54,490 nt of DNA from the NCBI GenBank assembly GCA_050302415.1, contig JBNLBB010000003.1, positions 1 to 54,490 on the forward strand, read 5' to 3'. The first letter of the stretch is position 1, and the number at the start of each line of letters is the position of its first letter. Made by a program: the position numbers and the translations under genes. The notes under the pieces were generated by a model, which ran no database searches, was not told where the DNA came from, and saw only the letters and a list, made by a program, of their open reading frames with translations. Of this stretch, positions 1 through 10,095 are shown in pieces. The DNA comes from Gammaproteobacteria bacterium. GTDB taxonomy: Bacteria > Pseudomonadota > Gammaproteobacteria > JBNLBB01.

Positions 1-108
1 CTGCAGGCCCGAATCAGCAACTTGTTCGACGAGGAGTACCAGACCGTGCACAACTTCAATCAACCGGGTCGCGGCTATTTCGTGACACTTCGTTACCGGC
101 CCGAATAG
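1..108 (+). CDS. btuB: 3' end of TonB-dependent vitamin B12 receptor (partial)
   Basis: Frame 1 reads LQARISNLFDEEYQTVHNFNQPGRGYFVTLRYRPE*, the NLFDxxY...GR C-terminal signature of TonB-dependent receptors; lies directly upstream of btuM and cob genes. Confidence 0.8.
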   Translation: MQARISNLFDEEYQTVHNFNQPGRGYFVTLRYRPE

Positions 109-124
109 GCTACTAGGAGGCAAC

Positions 125-715
125 ATGATTCAACTATCCACCCGTCACCAGATCGTTATCGGTCTCGTCCTGCTGGCCCTGATGGTGGTCACCCGCGGCC
201 ACCACTTCGCCACGCTCAACGCCCTGCCCGGCGCCACCTGGGCGGTCTTCTTTCTGGCCGGGGTCTACCTGAGTCCCACTTGGGTTCCCTTCATTCTGCT
301 GGCCGCTGCCGGCGTGCTGGATTACGTCTCCATCGCCTGGTTCGGCACCAGCAGCTACTGCGTGAGTGTCGCCTATGGATTGCTGGTTCCCGCTTACGGC
401 GCACTGTGGTTCGCCGGCCGCCGGTATGCCGTGGTTCACCGTATGGGCTGGCGTACACTGCCGGCGCTCGGCGGCTGGCTGCTGGCCGGTGCCGTGGTCT
501 GCGAGCTGCTTTCCAGCGGAGGGTTCTATCTCTTCTCCGGTCGCTTTGCCGAGCCTAACCTGGCCGAATTCGGCGCAAGAACTCTGCGCTATTTCCCGCC
601 CTACCTGCAGTCGCTCGGGTTTTACATCGGACTGGCGGCGTTCCTGCATCTCGTTGTGGTGGGGCTCCGCCGCTCCGCCGCTGCGCGCGGGCAACGGGAT
701 CACCTGGGAGCCTGA
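125..715 (+). CDS. btuM: Solitary S-component cobalamin transporter BtuM
   Basis: 196 aa, hydrophobic; TRGHHF, WAVFFLAG, YCVSxAY (Co-ligand Cys), GGFYxxSGRFA, YFPP recall Thiobacillus BtuM; RBS AGGAGG; follows btuB. Confidence 0.85.
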   Translation: MIQLSTRHQIVIGLVLLALMVVTRGHHFATLNALPGATWAVFFLAGVYLSPTWVPFILLAAAGVLDYVSIAWFGTSSYCVSVAYGLLVPAYGALWFAGRRYAVVHRMGWRTLPALGGWLLAGAVVCELLSSGGFYLFSGRFAEPNLAEFGARTLRYFPPYLQSLGFYIGLAAFLHLVVVGLRRSAAARGQRDHLGA

Positions 716-721
716 CCGGCC

Positions 722-2005
722 GTGAACCGCTGCCCCGCATTGCTGGTAAGCGCCTCGGCGTCGGGTCAGGGGAAAACCCTGGTGACCGCCGCACTGGCGC
801 GCCACTACCGGAATCAGGGTTTGCGGGTAGGACTCTTCAAGGTGGGTCCCGATTTCCTCGACCCGCTCATCCTGGAACGGGCCAGCGGTACACCGGTGTA
901 TCAGATCGATCTCTGGCTGGTGGGCGAGGCGGGGTGCCGGGAACTGCTCGCCAGGGTGGCGGCGGAGACTGACCTGATTCTGGTGGAAGGGGCGATGGGG
1001 CTCTACGATGGGGCCCCCTCGTCTGCCGACCTGGCCGCATTTTTCGGTATCCCCGTACTGGCGGTGATTGACGCCGCCGCCATGGCCCAAACCTTCGGCG
1101 CGGTCGCCACCGGACTGAGGCAATACAGCCCGTCCCTGCCGTTTGCCGGGGTCCTGGCCAACCGGGTCGCCGGTGAAGGCCACTACCGGATGCTGGAGAG
1201 CAGTCTTCCCACCGGGCTGCCAGCCTGGGGCTGGCTACCCGCCGAACCCGGTCTGAGCCTGCCCGAGCGCCATCTGGGGCTCTGGCTCGCCGAGGAGATC
1301 GAGCACCTGGACGAGATACTTGCGCAGGCGGCACGGGCCCTGTGCGGTGTGCCGGCGGACCTGCCGCCCGCCGTCGATTTTTCTGCGCCGCCACACCACT
1401 CGCAGCCACCGCTGCTGGCCGGGGTACGCATCGCCGTGGCCCGCGACCGGGCATTCTGTTTTCTCTATCGCGCCAACCTGGAACTGCTGCGCGATCTGGG
1501 AGCGGAACTGCATTTCTTCTCGCCCCTGGACGACACCGAACTGCCGCCCGCCGATGCCCTCTATCTGCCCGGTGGCTACCCGGAACTCCATGCCGCCGCC
1601 CTTACGAACAACCGGTCGATGCTCAAGGCCGTGCGAGTGCACCACGCCGCCGGCCGCCCGTTGCTTGCCGAGTGCGGGGGGTTGCTCTACCTGGGGGAGG
1701 AACTGGTCGATACTGCGGGCGGGCACCATCGAATGGCCGGTCTGCTCCCCGCACGGGCGGAGATGCGAAGATCGCTCACTGCGCTTGCCCTGCAGGAGGT
1801 GGAGCTGGCCGGCGCCAGAATGCGCGGCCATACCTTCCACCACTCGCGTCTGGAATCGGCACTGCAACCCGTGGCCCGCGGCCGCTGCCCCAACGGCGGC
1901 ACCACGGCGGAGGCGGTATACCGCGTGGAGCGCCTGACCGCCTCCTACATCCATTTCTATTTTCCTTCCAATCCGGCCGCTGTCGCCGCCCTGTTCCGGC
2001 CATGA
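722..2005 (+). CDS. cobB: Cobyrinate a,c-diamide synthase
   Basis: SGQGKT P-loop, FKVGPDFLDP, VEGAMGLYDG, LPERHLGL, PGGYPELH, AECGGLLYL glutaminase domain. Confidence 0.95.
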   Translation: MNRCPALLVSASASGQGKTLVTAALARHYRNQGLRVGLFKVGPDFLDPLILERASGTPVYQIDLWLVGEAGCRELLARVAAETDLILVEGAMGLYDGAPSSADLAAFFGIPVLAVIDAAAMAQTFGAVATGLRQYSPSLPFAGVLANRVAGEGHYRMLESSLPTGLPAWGWLPAEPGLSLPERHLGLWLAEEIEHLDEILAQAARALCGVPADLPPAVDFSAPPHHSQPPLLAGVRIAVARDRAFCFLYRANLELLRDLGAELHFFSPLDDTELPPADALYLPGGYPELHAAALTNNRSMLKAVRVHHAAGRPLLAECGGLLYLGEELVDTAGGHHRMAGLLPARAEMRRSLTALALQEVELAGARMRGHTFHHSRLESALQPVARGRCPNGGTTAEAVYRVERLTASYIHFYFPSNPAAVAALFRP

Positions 2006-2808
2006 GCCTCAATCCCTATCCCCGGCGAATCGTCTGTCTCACCGAGGAGACCACGGAGACGCTCTACCTGCTGGGCGAGGAGGAGCGTATTGCCGGTATC
2101 TCCGGATTCACCGTCCGCCCGGCCCGCGCGCGTCGGGAAAAACCGCGGGTCGCCGCCTTTACCAGCGCCCGGATCGACAAGATCCTGGCCCTGCAGCCGG
2201 ACCTGGTGCTCGGATTCTCCGACCTGCAGGCGGAGATTGCCGCCACCCTGGTCCGATCCGGAATTGCTGTACATGTTTTCAACCAGCGCAGCGTGCCGGA
2301 AATCTTCGCCATGATCGGACTGCTGGGGGCCATGGTGGGTGCGGTGGCGCCCGCGGCCGCACTCTGTACGCGACTGCAGGCCGAATTGGACGACTGCCGG
2401 GCGCTGGCCGCCAGCCTGCCTCGCCGGCCGCGAATCTATTTCGAGGAGTGGGACGAGCCGCAGATTTCCGCCATCACCTGGGTATCGGAGCTGATCGGCA
2501 TCGCCGGCGGGGAGGATTGCTTTGCGGAGCTGGGTGCGAAGCGCTCCGCGCGCGAACGCATGATTGCCGATCCGGCGGAAGTGGTCCGTCGGGCTCCCGA
2601 CATCATCATCGGCTCCTGGTGCGGCAAACGGTTCCGGCCACAGCACGTCGCTGAGCGGCCCGGTTGGTCGGCCATACCGGCGGTGCGCGACGGTGAGCTG
2701 CACGAGATCAAGTCCAGCGACATCCTGCAGCCGGGACCGGCGGCATTGAGCGACGGCGTCCGCCAGTTGCAGGCGATCATCCACCGTTGGGCGGAGCGCA
2801 AGGGGTGA
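2002..2808 (+). CDS. BtuF-like cobalamin-binding protein without signal peptide
   Basis: ATGA overlap with cobB stop; [47 protein letters not shown] of the helical-backbone metal receptor family. Confidence 0.8.
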   Translation: MSLNPYPRRIVCLTEETTETLYLLGEEERIAGISGFTVRPARARREKPRVAAFTSARIDKILALQPDLVLGFSDLQAEIAATLVRSGIAVHVFNQRSVPEIFAMIGLLGAMVGAVAPAAALCTRLQAELDDCRALAASLPRRPRIYFEEWDEPQISAITWVSELIGIAGGEDCFAELGAKRSARERMIADPAEVVRRAPDIIIGSWCGKRFRPQHVAERPGWSAIPAVRDGELHEIKSSDILQPGPAALSDGVRQLQAIIHRWAERKG

Positions 2809-3707
2809 GCGGCCTGGTGCTGGCAGGTGCCGTAATGCTCGACTGGTGGCTGGGCGAGCCCCGTCGCTGGCATCCGCTGGTGGGGTTCGGCCGCCTGGCC
2901 GAAGCGTGTGAGCGGGCGTGCTACGGGAGCGCAGCGAGCACACCTCGCGCGCGTCGCCGGCGCGGATTGCTGGCTTGGACGGTGCTGGTGATACCGCCCA
3001 CCGCCGTGGTGGCCGCACTGCCGGAAGCGTGGTCCGCCGCCAGCGGGCTGCTGGCACTCTATTTCGCACTGGGTCACCGCAGCCTGCACGATCATGCGCG
3101 CGCGGTGACCGGAGCCCTGGTGTCAGGTGATGAGGAAGCCGCGCGCCGGCATGCCGGATACATGGTGAGCCGCGACTCGGCGGCCCTGGACATTCCAGGT
3201 GCAGTGACCGAATCGGTGCTGGAAAACGGCAGCGACGGGGTCTTCGGCGCACTCTTCTGGTTTGTCGTGGCGGGTGCCCCGGGGGCGATCCTGTTCCGTC
3301 TGGCCAACACCCTGGACGCCATGTGGGGCTATCGCAATGAACGCTATAACCATTTCGGTTGGGCGGCGGCTCGGCTCGACGACGTGCTGAGCTTTCTGCC
3401 CGCCCGGCTCACTGCCCTCAGCTACACCCTGCTCGGCAACACCCGGCGGGCACTGGTCTGCTGGCGTCATCAGGCACCGGCCTGGGAGAGCCCCAATGCC
3501 GGGCCGGTGATGGCCAGCGGTGCCGGCGCCCTGGGTCTGACCTTGGGAGGTGCGGCCTGCTACCGGGGGGAGTGGCACCAACGTCCTGTGCTGGGCTGCG
3601 GTCCGGCAGCCACCGTGGCCGACATTGAGCGGGCCCTGGCTTTGGTCAGGCACAGCGTGATCCTGTGGGTCGTGCTGCTGCTCTGCGGGGCGTGGCTCCA
3701 TGCTTGA
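2805..3707 (+). CDS. cbiB: Adenosylcobinamide-phosphate synthase CbiB/CobD
   Basis: GTGA overlap; [46 protein letters not shown]. Confidence 0.93.
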   Translation: MSGLVLAGAVMLDWWLGEPRRWHPLVGFGRLAEACERACYGSAASTPRARRRRGLLAWTVLVIPPTAVVAALPEAWSAASGLLALYFALGHRSLHDHARAVTGALVSGDEEAARRHAGYMVSRDSAALDIPGAVTESVLENGSDGVFGALFWFVVAGAPGAILFRLANTLDAMWGYRNERYNHFGWAAARLDDVLSFLPARLTALSYTLLGNTRRALVCWRHQAPAWESPNAGPVMASGAGALGLTLGGAACYRGEWHQRPVLGCGPAATVADIERALALVRHSVILWVVLLLCGAWLHA

Positions 3708-4692
3708 ACACGGGGGCGCGCTGGGAGTGGCCACGCGACGCTACGGCATTGCTCCGCAGGCCTGGCTCGACCTCTCCACCGGAGTGAACCCATTGTCCTG
3801 GCAGGGTGTTGCGCCGCCGTCCGATCTGTGGGACCGGCTTCCCGACGATGAGGATGATTTGGTCGCCGCCGCCCGCGACTACTACGAAACCGATGCCCTG
3901 CTGCCCGTGGCCGGGTCGCAGTCAGCGCTACAGGGCCTGCCGCGGCTGCGCCCCCCGTGCCAGGTGGCACTGCCCAGCCCCACCTACGCCGAGCACGCCC
4001 GGGCGTGGAGCGCCGCTGGTCACCAGGTGCGGCAAATGGGCTTTGAGGATCTGGCCTCCAGCGTCGATCAGGTCGACGTGGTGGTCGTGGTCAATCCCAA
4101 CAATCCCACGGCACAGGTCTGGTGTTGCGAGACGTTGCGCGACTGGCACGCCCGTCTGACCCGGCGCGGCGGCTGGTTGGTCGTGGATGAGGCGTTCATG
4201 GACGCAACGCCCGAATCGGGTCTGATCGGCCGCTGCCCGCTTCCGGGATTGATCGTCCTGCGCAGTCTGGGCAAGTTTTTCGGCCTGGCCGGCGCCCGGG
4301 TGGGCATGCTCGCCGCTGAAGCGTCGCTCCGTCAGGCGATGCGCGAACAGCTCGGTCCATGGCCCATTGCCACACCGGCCCGCTGGTTGGCGATCCAGGC
4401 GTTGCGCGACCGTGACTGGCAGGCGCTGACGCGGGAACGGCTGGCTGCCGCATCCGGTCGCCTCGCAACTTTGCTGCGCCACCATGGCCTCGCTCCGGCC
4501 GCCGGCTGCGCCCTGTTTCAGTGGGTGCCGACGCGCCACGCCCGGCAGTTGCACGATCAGTTGGCCCGCAACGCAGTCCTCACCCGACTGTTTGCCGAGG
4601 CCTCCGCCCTGCGTTTCGGTCTGCCGGGCGGCGAAGCGCAGTGGCGACACCTCGAATCGGCGTTGCACAGGGCCACCGGGAGCGGAGTATGA
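3700..4692 (+). CDS. cobD: L-threonine-O-3-phosphate decarboxylase (PLP; Salmonella CobD / Pseudomonas CobC)
   Basis: [42 protein letters not shown]; cob context. Confidence 0.9.
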   Translation: MLEHGGALGVATRRYGIAPQAWLDLSTGVNPLSWQGVAPPSDLWDRLPDDEDDLVAAARDYYETDALLPVAGSQSALQGLPRLRPPCQVALPSPTYAEHARAWSAAGHQVRQMGFEDLASSVDQVDVVVVVNPNNPTAQVWCCETLRDWHARLTRRGGWLVVDEAFMDATPESGLIGRCPLPGLIVLRSLGKFFGLAGARVGMLAAEASLRQAMREQLGPWPIATPARWLAIQALRDRDWQALTRERLAAASGRLATLLRHHGLAPAAGCALFQWVPTRHARQLHDQLARNAVLTRLFAEASALRFGLPGGEAQWRHLESALHRATGSGV

Positions 4693-6161
4693 AGCGATCC
4701 GCCACCCTCATGGTACAGGGCACCACCTCGGATGCCGGCAAGAGTCTGTTGGTGGCGGCCCTATGTCGCTGGCTGCACCGCCGCGGGGTTCGGGTAGCCC
4801 CGTTCAAACCGCAGAACATGGCACTCAACAGCGCGGTGACCGCCGACGGAGGCGAAATCGGGCGGGCGCAGGCGGTACAGGCTCAGGCCTGCGGCCTCGA
4901 CCCGCACACTGACATGAACCCGGTGCTGCTCAAGCCCACCACCGACCGGGGCGCGCAGGTGATCATCCACGGCCGCGCCATCGGGAACCAGGATGCGGTG
5001 GAGTTTCACGACTATAAAAAAGTGGCCCGCCACGCCGTACTCGCCTCCCATGAACGCCTGGCCGGGGCGTACGAGGCGGTGATGGTGGAAGGGGCCGGAT
5101 CGCCGGCCGAGATCAATCTGCGGGAAGGCGACATCGCCAACATGGGCTTCGCCGAAGCGGTGGACTGCCCCGTGATCCTGGTGGCGGATATCGATCGTGG
5201 CGGCGTCTTTGCCCACCTGGTGGGAACTCTGGCACTGCTCTCGGAGAGTGAACAGGCACGGGTGGTCGGATTTGTCATCAACCGGTTCCGGGGTGATATC
5301 GCCCTGCTGCAGCCGGGTCTCGACTGGCTGGAACAGGAGACTGGCAAACCCGTGCTCGGCGTCCTCCCCTGGCTCTACGGACTGCACCTTGAGGCGGAGG
5401 ATGCGATCCAGGCTGACCAGGGGGAGAAGCGGGGCAACCTGTTGCGGGTAGTGGTACCCGTACTGCCTCGCATCAGCAACCACACCGATTTCGACGCGCT
5501 GCGCCTGCATCCGCAGGTCAATCTGATCTTCGTCGGACCCGATCAACCGGTCCCGCCCGCGGATCTGATCATTTTGCCGGGCAGCAAAAGTGTGCGCGCG
5601 GACCTCGAGTGGCTCCGCGCCCGGGGCTGGGAGACCGCACTGCAACGCCACCTGCGCTATGGCGGCAAACTGATCGGTATCTGCGGCGGTTTTCAGATGC
5701 TCGGACAGACCATCAACGACCCCTTGGGCGTGGAGGGTCCGCCTGGGCGCTCGCAGGGACTCGGACTCCTCGATTGCGCAACCACCCTGGCGGCCGACAA
5801 GCAGTTGCGCCGCGTGCACGGGGAACTGGCTCTGGAGTCGGCCGCAGTGAACGGATACGAGATTCACTGCGGGGTCACTTCCGGACCAGCCTGTCAAACA
5901 CCGGCCCTGCGTCTGGGCGAACGCGACGACGGCGCACTCTCAGCCGACGGGCAGGTGCTGGGTTGCTATCTGCATGGCCTGTTCGATGCACCCGCTGCCT
6001 GTGATGCCCTGCTCCGATGGGCCGGCCTGGAGCAACCGCAGTCGCCCGACTATGCGGCGCAACGCGAAACGGGCCTCGAACGGCTTGCGGATGCGGTAGA
6101 GACCCACCTCGACACCGAAAGGCTGCTGCGCCTGCTGACCACCGACTGGCGAAACGGTTAG
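4689..6161 (+). CDS. cobQ: Cobyric acid synthase
   Basis: ATGA overlap; [61 protein letters not shown]. Confidence 0.96.
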   Translation: MKRSATLMVQGTTSDAGKSLLVAALCRWLHRRGVRVAPFKPQNMALNSAVTADGGEIGRAQAVQAQACGLDPHTDMNPVLLKPTTDRGAQVIIHGRAIGNQDAVEFHDYKKVARHAVLASHERLAGAYEAVMVEGAGSPAEINLREGDIANMGFAEAVDCPVILVADIDRGGVFAHLVGTLALLSESEQARVVGFVINRFRGDIALLQPGLDWLEQETGKPVLGVLPWLYGLHLEAEDAIQADQGEKRGNLLRVVVPVLPRISNHTDFDALRLHPQVNLIFVGPDQPVPPADLIILPGSKSVRADLEWLRARGWETALQRHLRYGGKLIGICGGFQMLGQTINDPLGVEGPPGRSQGLGLLDCATTLAADKQLRRVHGELALESAAVNGYEIHCGVTSGPACQTPALRLGERDDGALSADGQVLGCYLHGLFDAPAACDALLRWAGLEQPQSPDYAAQRETGLERLADAVETHLDTERLLRLLTTDWRNG

Positions 6162-6200
6162 AGAACGGACATTGGAAATCCATCGTTGGAGGAGAAATAG

Positions 6201-7259
6201 ATGAATCACCAGAATCACTGGCTTTCCGCGGCTCCGGCCGCGTTGAATGAACAGGCGCGGAGTGCGGCGGAGGCGCGCCAGGCGGAGTTGACCAAACCAC
6301 CTGGGGCGCTCGGTATCCTTGAGCGGATCGCCGTGCAGCTGGCAGCCATGCAAGGGGTTGAGAAACCCTCGCTGGATAGAATCCAGATCACGGTATTTGC
6401 AGGCGATCACGGGGTGGTGGCGGAAGGGGTCTCCGCTTTTCCTCAAGCCGTTACTGCTGAAATGATCCGAAATTTTGCCCGCGGGGGCGCGGCAATCAGT
6501 GTTCTGGCGCGGGAAGCGGGCGCTGGTCTCGAGGTGGTCAATCTGGGCAGCGCATTTGATCCAGGCGAACTGCCGGGCGTGCTTGCGCTTGATCTGGGGC
6601 CAGGGACTGCCAACATGGTCGACCAGCCGGCCATGACGGAAACCCAACTTGCAGATGCGCTGCAGGCGGGTCGTGAAGCGGTGCAACGTGCCCGGGAACA
6701 GGATGCCCAACTTTTCATAGGCGGTGAAATGGGCATCGGCAACACGACTGCCGCTACTGCGGTGGCCAGCGCCCTGCTGGATTTGGCACCCGAGGTACTG
6801 TGTGGACCGGGTACCGGGCTGGATGGCAAGGGCGTTGCCCACAAGTGCGACATCATCTACCGCGCACTCAAGCGGAATGCGGCGGAAATGAACGACCCGC
6901 TGAGCATCATGCGCTGCGTTGGCGGGTTCGAATTGGCGGCGCTTACGGGTGCGTACCTGGCGAGTGCGCAGGCGGGGATTCCAGCCCTGGTGGATGGATT
7001 TATCACCACAGCCGCGGCGCTGACAGCCACCCGTTTGCAGCCCCGGGTAGCTGATTGGCTGATCTATTCCCATGGCTCAGCGGAACCGGGGCATGCGGCA
7101 ATGCTGCGAGCACTGGAGGCCGAACCTATGATCAGCCTGGGAATGCGTCTGGGCGAAGGCAGCGGTGCGGCAACCGCAGTCCCGTTACTGCGTCTCGCCT
7201 GTAGCCTGCATGCGGGCATGGCGACCTTTGCTGAGGCGGGTGTTTCGGAAAAGCTGTGA
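6201..7259 (+). CDS. cobT: Nicotinate-nucleotide-dimethylbenzimidazole phosphoribosyltransferase
   Basis: [45 protein letters not shown]. Confidence 0.96.
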   Translation: MNHQNHWLSAAPAALNEQARSAAEARQAELTKPPGALGILERIAVQLAAMQGVEKPSLDRIQITVFAGDHGVVAEGVSAFPQAVTAEMIRNFARGGAAISVLAREAGAGLEVVNLGSAFDPGELPGVLALDLGPGTANMVDQPAMTETQLADALQAGREAVQRAREQDAQLFIGGEMGIGNTTAATAVASALLDLAPEVLCGPGTGLDGKGVAHKCDIIYRALKRNAAEMNDPLSIMRCVGGFELAALTGAYLASAQAGIPALVDGFITTAAALTATRLQPRVADWLIYSHGSAEPGHAAMLRALEAEPMISLGMRLGEGSGAATAVPLLRLACSLHAGMATFAEAGVSEKL

Positions 7260-7262
7260 CGA

Positions 7263-8069
7263 TCACGGACGGCCGGCTGCAGCAACCCGGAATCGGGTAC
7301 CGGGTGCCGGCGGGACCGAAACCGGGCCTGCAAAACACTGGGCGTGCTCCATCCAGTAGCGGCTGATCGGTCCTGTGACCTGCAGCCGGGTGTCGGCAAT
7401 GTTGCGGGTCTGGGTGACCACCTGGCAGAACTCGACCGCGAGTCCCCGTATCGACTCATTGCCGGATTCCAGATTCCACTCCCAGGTTTCGCCGGATGGC
7501 GCTGTCAGACAGACGTGCGGTTTCTGCTTCGGAATTGCCATCCCGCGCAGCTGATGGGTCCGCCTGAAAGTGCTGACGCCGAGATGGGCAATGTTGCGTA
7601 TTCTGTCGTATTCAATGCGCTCAACACCCAGCAGATCGTAGATCGCCTGGCCGTGCGCCCAGGTCTCCATGAGGCGCGCCGTGATACTGGAGAGAGCGCT
7701 CATGGCGGGGCCGGCCCACTGCACACGCTGTTTGGGATCGGTGCTGCGGTAGCGATCACTCACGGTCTGACAGGTTCGGTGCCACTGTGCCACCAAGTCC
7801 CTTCCGGCGAGTCCGTTACTCCATTGGATTTCGAACCGGCGCAGATCGGTATTTACGTGGCGGTTGGCTTCCGCCATGAATTGGCTGAATCGGTCGGGTT
7901 CATCGAGTGTTCTCACAGCTGCGCTGTTCCACACATGAAGGTGCGAAATGATGTCGCTGATACCCCATTGTTGAAACTGTGTCGTGCGCTCGAGATCAGC
8001 TTCGCCCAGCGGGGCAATCAGATGGTAGAGTTGATTGCTTTCGGCCAAAAAATCGATTGCCTGTTGCAT
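7263..8069 (-). CDS. TIGR03084-family (DinB/MDMPI-like) metal-binding protein
   Basis: Start MQQAIDF; W..SDIISHLH, WAGPAMS, ARLMETWAHGQ, APSGETWEW, FCQVVTQTRN, AQCFAGP. Confidence 0.8.
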   Translation of the reverse strand: MQQAIDFLAESNQLYHLIAPLGEADLERTTQFQQWGISDIISHLHVWNSAAVRTLDEPDRFSQFMAEANRHVNTDLRRFEIQWSNGLAGRDLVAQWHRTCQTVSDRYRSTDPKQRVQWAGPAMSALSSITARLMETWAHGQAIYDLLGVERIEYDRIRNIAHLGVSTFRRTHQLRGMAIPKQKPHVCLTAPSGETWEWNLESGNESIRGLAVEFCQVVTQTRNIADTRLQVTGPISRYWMEHAQCFAGPVSVPPAPGTRFRVAAAGRP

Positions 8070-8071
8070 GT

Positions 8072-8493
8072 TCAATCCGTTGTGGGTTCGGTAAAGGCCA
8101 CGAGCACATGAAAGGGTTCCAGCAGTTCCCGGACTCTCGTTTCCGCGGAGGCCTTCCTGTTCAGAGGCTCCTGCAAAATGATATCGGCAACCAGTCCAAG
8201 ATTGGTGTCGTGCCGACACGAGATGTCGGCAGAGATACCGGACCGACGTCCAGACGGTGCAGCAAATTGGCAGTCTGACGGATCTGCCGCAGCTGTTGGC
8301 TGAAGCTGAGTGTCTGGGCCGTGGCCGATTCCTCCGCACTGGATCGATAAGCGAGAGCCGGTTGATCCGGCCACTCAACCGCCGCGTTGCGCGAGAGATT
8401 ATCGGTGCCGTGCAGTGGCAGTAGGTCGAAATCGGCAGGCAGAGGCTTTGACACATCAGCAGCCAATTGGATGAACGAGCTCAGGATCGGCAT
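8072..8493 (-). pseudogene. Internally deleted acyl-CoA synthetase (AMP-binding) remnant
   Basis: N-terminal piece (AAVEWPDQPALAY...QIRQTANLLHRLDVGP) is joined out of frame near 8240 to a C-terminal-like piece (GISADIS...LGLVADII...VRELLEPFHV); no AMP-binding core motifs remain. Confidence 0.6.
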
Positions 8494-8562
8494 TTCTGGT
8501 TCCGATCCACTATGTTTATAAACTGGTTCATCCTGCAGCGACCTGTGCGATTACCGCAACTC

Positions 8563-8638
8563 CGCAAATTTACGCTGCGTTGCACAATCGAAGGATTTTG
8601 CGGCCGCCCGAAATTTGTGCGCAAATTTACGTTGCGTT
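8563..8638. promoter_or_regulatory. 19-bp near-perfect direct repeat in divergent intergenic region, candidate operators
   Basis: CGCAAATTTACGCTGCGTT (8563-8581) and CGCAAATTTACGTTGCGTT (8620-8638), one mismatch. Confidence 0.55.
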
Positions 8639-8779
8639 AAAAACTGGCAAGGGCATTATCTGACTTCCGTCAGCCTCAACGCTGATGGCTCGACAAGAAA
8701 CATCACACCACTTTCAGAGTGGGTACCCGTCGGCACGCGAGGCATCCCCCGCAGTCCGGCACACCGAGGAGGGATTTTC

Positions 8780-10027
8780 ATGAGCAAAGCTCCGTCGTCT
8801 CATTCTGTCTCCATTTCGCGCCGCCGGTTTGTCGCGGGCAGCGGTGTGGCTGCCGGCCTGCTGGCCAGCGGCCTACCGATGCGCCTGCGGGCAGCGAACC
8901 CGCTGAAAATCGGCGTCCTGCTGCCGCGCTCCGGTCACTTGGCGTTGATCGGACAGGACTGTCAGCGTGGTGCCGATCTGGCGCTGCCGATTCTGAGTGA
9001 TCTGGGTTACACCGGCATCGAACTGGTCAGCGCCGATACCGAATCCAATCCGGACGTCGGCCGCACCCAGGCGGAAAAACTGATCCGCGAAGGTGTACAC
9101 CTGCTGATCGGCTGTTTCGATTCGGGCACCACTGCTGCAGTGGCCCAGGTGGCCGAACAGAAGGGGATACCCTTCGTCATCAACATTGCCGCCGCGCCGC
9201 AGATCACCGAACAGGGTTATAAGTATGTGTTCCGCAACTTCCCCACCGGTCCGATGCTGGTGAAGGGCGGGCTGACCCAGATGAATGCACTCTTCGAGGC
9301 CACCGGTACCAAACCGAAGACTGCGGTGATGATGCATGTGAACGACACCTTCGGGACCGCGATGCTGAATGGCGTCAAGGCACTGGCGCCGAAAGTGGGG
9401 CTGAATCTGGAGATCAAGGAGTACATTGCCTACGATCCCAAGACCAAGGATCTCTCCGTGGAAGTGGCCAAGGCCAAGGCGCTGCGCGCCGACATCCACA
9501 TGGTGGTGACGCGTCTCAACGACGCCATTCTGATGGTGCGCGAAATGGTCAAACAGCGCTACGAACCCATGGGCATCATCAGCCCCGGCTCCCCGGGTAT
9601 GTATGACAAGCAGTTCTTCAGCGCATTGGGAAAATACTCCGACTATGCCATCACCAACGTGCCCTGGGCCGATCCCAAGCAGGAGATGGCGCGGGTGCTC
9701 GAAGCCGACTTCAAGAAGGCCTATCCGGACGAGCTGTTCAACATCAATTCCGGATTCACCTTTGAGGCGGTGCTGATTGCGGCCGACGCCTACAAGCGCG
9801 CCGGGTCGACCAACCCCGACGAGTTGGCGGCGGCGATCCGGGCCACCAAACTGGATGCCCACATCAATATCGGTGGACCGATCGCCTTCAATGAAAAGGG
9901 GCAGAACGTGAACATTGGTTCCGCGTCGCTGCAGAATCGCGACGGCCGTGCCGTGGTGGTACTGCCCAGCGGCAATGCGGAGATTGCGCCGGTATTCCCC
10001 GTTCCCGGTTGGCGCAAACGCGGCTGA
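8780..10027 (+). CDS. Liv/HAAT-family ABC substrate-binding protein with Tat signal
   Basis: SRRRFV twin-Arg motif, KIGVLLPRSG, ITEQGYKYVFRNFP; RBS GAGGAGG. Confidence 0.88.
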   Translation: MSKAPSSHSVSISRRRFVAGSGVAAGLLASGLPMRLRAANPLKIGVLLPRSGHLALIGQDCQRGADLALPILSDLGYTGIELVSADTESNPDVGRTQAEKLIREGVHLLIGCFDSGTTAAVAQVAEQKGIPFVINIAAAPQITEQGYKYVFRNFPTGPMLVKGGLTQMNALFEATGTKPKTAVMMHVNDTFGTAMLNGVKALAPKVGLNLEIKEYIAYDPKTKDLSVEVAKAKALRADIHMVVTRLNDAILMVREMVKQRYEPMGIISPGSPGMYDKQFFSALGKYSDYAITNVPWADPKQEMARVLEADFKKAYPDELFNINSGFTFEAVLIAADAYKRAGSTNPDELAAAIRATKLDAHINIGGPIAFNEKGQNVNIGSASLQNRDGRAVVVLPSGNAEIAPVFPVPGWRKRG

Positions 10028-10038
10028 TCCGCTGAGCC

Positions 10039-10062
10039 GGGCCCGGCCTATCGGTCGGGCCC
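10039..10062 (+). other. Intra-operon stem-loop after binding-protein gene
   Basis: GGGCCCGGCC-TATC-GGTCGGGCCC, 10-bp stem with one G-U pair, no U tail. Confidence 0.5.
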
Positions 10063-10095
10063 CTCGGCCACAGACCTCAATCGGAGCATCTTGCC

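Noticed and set aside
134-1183. Long antisense and alternative-frame ORFs (also 1957-3252, 8873-10102, 10665-11984, 24721-25902, 51710-52999)
   Set aside because: Shadow ORFs expected in high-GC DNA opposite well-supported genes; no recognisable motifs
1342-2001. N-terminal extension of the 488-aa ORF that might supply a signal peptide
   Set aside because: Lies out of frame inside cobB, is R/P-rich and non-hydrophobic; the ATGA-coupled start at 2002 fits better
8070-8456. Upstream extension of the TIGR03084 ORF, or a programmed frameshift joining the ligase fragments
   Set aside because: Family similarity starts at 8069; no slippery site seen, and the joined product of about 140 aa would lack all catalytic motifs
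8645-8660. Sigma-54 promoter (TGGCAAG...), and TGGCAC words near 28205 and 28297
   Set aside because: No GC at the -12 position with the required spacing
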